60,190 bases of DNA from Mizuhopecten yessoensis. Lineage: Eukaryota. The stretch is taken from NCBI RefSeq assembly GCF_002113885.1, contig NW_018480011.1, positions 305,854 through 366,043 on the forward strand. The letters are read 5' to 3'. How positions within the stretch are numbered: position 1 is the first letter of the stretch; every line of letters starts with the position of its first letter. Below are positions 54,815 through 60,190 of this stretch, in pieces. The notes beneath the pieces were generated by a model that worked only from the letters and a program-made list of their open reading frames with translations, did no database searches and was not told the origin of the DNA. Both the position numbers and the translations under genes were made by a program.

Positions 54815-54849
54815 AATGATTATTGCTTGATTCCATGCCTTTATTTATA
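54815..54849 (-). promoter_or_regulatory. TATA + TCATT initiator promoter upstream of pPolB
   Basis: TATAAATA (first T at 54849) with TCATT 30 nt downstream; ATG at 54735. Confidence 0.65.
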
Positions 54850-56661
54850 CCCTCTGTAACCATCGATGACATTCGTGTAATTTCATTGGCTAAATCAAAT
54901 TTTACAGATTTATTTTGTAAATTTTGTTTCATTTGTCTTTTTATTTTTAAAGCGATCGGACGCATTTTAAATTTCTCCCAAATCAATCGGAACCTGAAAA
55001 GTTTTTTTTTTATTTATTTATGTTGCTGATAGTGAGCCTCGAAGCCTAAATGTTGCGACACTGAAGCTAAGGTACCACCGCCCTAGCTGTCACGACCAAA
55101 CGCGCCCCGACATTGAAGGTGTATTTCTAAACTATGTATACACAGCGAGGTTAAATTTACCTACGTGATACGATACACATATAGATGTTTGTATACACAT
55201 ACCTCTGCCATTTGCAATGATGACATACACGGTGAATTTATCGCTGTGGAAGGGAAACATACAGGTTTGCAGATTAACGAATTATACCGGGATAGTAAAA
55301 CAGTAAACTATTATAACTTATGGCAGAAATGTTGAAGGCTGTAATGTATACAACACGATATTTGTTAAACAAAATTGTCCGTTGGTAGCGTAGTTAAATG
55401 TGGGATTCATTTACAGATACATTTAGAGTACACATAAAGAACGTAGGCTATACGTTATTGGAAATGCTATAATACAGTTCAGTTTTGAATGCGTAGAAAA
55501 TGTTTGGTTAACATAAAAAGTGTGTGACCTAGTCAATTTGGTTTTATACAACGGAGTCAGACATAAACAAACAGCGAGAGCTGTCTGTGAATATTCGTTG
55601 TAAGAATGGACGTTGGGTGGGTCTCTGACCCGTGTTTTTTCTATCGACAGAGACAATAAATGGTTTTGCATTATATTTGCGTTGTTATTGTATTATGTGC
55701 TAGAAGGTTCCAGGACATCACCGATCCGGTTGAAACCGGTTTCGATATTTCTAAACGTGATGCAATCGGGAAAAACCCGTGACGTCGTCGATCGGTATCC
55801 TCATATAGAATGGGGGTTGCCACTAGAGGGTGTATTGGCTGCTCTCAATATGGGAACCCTCTGTGACGTCGATCGGTACCCCCCTACCAGACGGGGGTGC
55901 CACTAGGGGGGTGCCGGGTATTATAGGATTATCATTAAAGCAAAACATGTCATTAACATATTTTCAATGACCTTGATAGCTCTGCGCTGGTCTTTTACGA
56001 TTGGCTGACTTAAGATAATATGCGACCTAGAGATAGTCTTGTTCCAAACTATCATTGTTCCCACTACATTTCGTATATATATTACATACATTATACCAGC
56101 TGACCGACCTGTTCATGCAGTAGATACTTAACAAACACTTGACGGTGCAACGTGCGGTTAAATAGAGATAAGCGTGGTTGCTAAAGGTAGTATGTGCATG
56201 CATATACAATGGCGAATTAGGTAACATATTTAGGTCATCTACGGCAGCTGAGAGCAGTAGTCAAATATTTTAAAGAGTCGTTATAAAAAATGATTAAAAA
56301 GGGAGCAATTTCTAGTTAAAAAGGTCTCGTTATCAGTGAGAAGAAAACAAGAATGTGCGGTTTTCATCTGTATTTAGCTAAGTAAGAACACTGTATGATG
56401 ATATCTATATACATGATCACGTGCGTTTTATTGATCAATACTTTCTATGCCCATCTATGATATAATCAGCGATGGGTTTCGTCGATTGACGTGTTACAAA
56501 CATGGCACCTCCTGCCATGGGAAACATGGTACATAGTACATGATAACATTCTATGGAAAGGTGTTCGAATGCCGACTGATTTTTTGGCGGCTGTTCTAGG
56601 CCATCGTACTTATCTAGCATCGGTTGAATTGATATTAGTTATTGAATCAGTTAGCATTGAA

Positions 56662-58978
<2,317 letters not shown>

Positions 58979-59186
58979 CAGATTTATAATATGTTTGATA
59001 TACGTTGTAAGTCGATAATTTGTAAAATACATTATCGTTTCCGTATTAAATGTTCTCAATAAACAAACTTTGTAAAGTTGTTCTTTTAATTTGCTATCCA
59101 TAGCTTAATTTGAAGTCCTCTTTCGCAAAATAAATGCAATATTAAACAATTTTTTTGTTCGTTGTCTTGAAAATGTGTTATTCTAC

Positions 59187-59720
59187 TTTTATTTTCCCCT
59201 CGCAACGACAGTTCGAGTGGATATAGGATTCCACCCGTACGTACGTAAGTAAGTACGTATGTACGTATGTTACACTCTTTGTCATCGCTCTAGCGACTTC
59301 ATTACGGAACGGAAAATCATGACACTTCATACAATTATGTAGTATGAACAATTCGAGTGTCGGGTTTCTACGTTCATTTCCAAGGTCACTGTTACTAATT
59401 TTTGAATAAAACATTGTCATCGGTCTACTGACTTCATTAGTGAGCGGAATGTTATGAAACAAGTGCGTGTACGGCAATGCGTTGGACACGTTTGCATTTC
59501 CGGTTTCTATGTTCAAGGTCAAGGTCACTGTTTTAAGAAGAACTTTGTCATCGCTCTACTGACTTCATTCCTCAACATAATTTCCAGAAAATGTATACAA
59601 GTATTTGGTATGGAAATATCGTGAATAAGTGCGCGTTTCAGATTACTGCGCTAAAGGTCAGGGTCACTCTTACTAATTTTACCAAAAACTTCGTCATAGC
59701 TCTACCGTCTTCATTTTCTC
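59187..59720 (-). mobile_element. HINE-like element just downstream of SULT-D
   Basis: Short terminal palindrome, (TACG/TAAG)n microsatellite, then ~130-140 bp units with AAGGTCACTGTT...TTTGTCATCGCTCTA.GACTTCATT. Confidence 0.6.
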
Positions 59721-60190
59721 TTTAATATGTCACAATGTGTGAATACGAGTGGCTTTGTATCACTTATGATGCGTTAATGCATTGTTGCAATAATAAATTA
59801 TGAAATGTGAAAGTTACCTGTAAACCAACTGGGAAAAATGGCCCCTTTTTGGAATCCAAAGAATCTTTTCAAGACAGGGCTTTTTTCAATGATGACTTGT
59901 TTTGTATATGTATTTGACTTCAACAACCTTAACCTCAGGGCATGTTATTTAGGTCGCCTTATTTCTATATCGGGGTTTCTTTTTTATATATGTTTGGCTA
60001 CAGTTATATCCAAGGCAATAATAATGTTCATAATTGAAAAATAAGGATAAACTTGTATTTTCATATCTGCCCTGCTCCGTCATCGGCATTAACATCTAAT
60101 ATATGACCAAACCACGTACAGATTTCAAAGTGACATCAATCTGATAAGATAATGTATGTGTACTCATGTGAGGTAACATGATATCAGGAC

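Larger units (their letters stand above)
47887..55960 (-). mobile_element. Decayed, internally deleted Polinton/Maverick element
   Basis: Co-oriented pPolB, A32-like ATPase and RVE integrase-chromodomain pseudogenes between degenerate TIRs. AGTAGT at 47887 matches known Polinton termini. Right boundary approximate; no 6-bp TSD recognised. Confidence 0.92.

Noticed and set aside
47881-55970. 6-bp TSD of the Polinton
   Set aside because: The left flank GTGTAA has no match at plausible right ends and the right terminus lacks a clean ACTACT, so the boundary remains approximate.
56491-56661. N-terminal extension of SULT-D suggested by the ORF track
   Set aside because: It starts at a non-ATG codon; the ATG at 56662 gives a 175-nt exon matching the 172-nt first exons of the paralogues.

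Overview
AT-rich eukaryotic DNA. The repeat families resemble those of bivalve molluscs, but the taxon is my inference. The window holds a + strand tandem cluster of cytosolic sulfotransferase (SULT, Sulfotransfer_1) genes: the last two exons of one gene plus four complete 5-coding-exon genes (296, 295, 294 and 297 aa). All have GT-AG introns in identical phases. Two of the genes arose by a ~11 kb tandem duplication that began inside the last intron of the upstream gene. That event left a relict terminal exon with its acceptor deleted, a 347-bp perfectly identical patch, and paralogues whose differences cluster in the substrate-pocket loops. Between the last two SULT genes lies a decayed ~8 kb Polinton/Maverick element on the - strand. 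It keeps pPolB, the A32-like packaging ATPase, the integrase-chromodomain and degenerate TIRs, but I see no capsid or protease genes. It also retains three identically built TATA+TCATT promoters and a duplicated 19-bp motif. Other features: a 24-nt tandem array built from a splice-donor/PAPS-loop junction, two Tc1 elements (one with an intron), L2/CR1-group LINE fragments, HINE-like elements, SINE remnants and several MITEs. All calls are by eye; no database searches were run.
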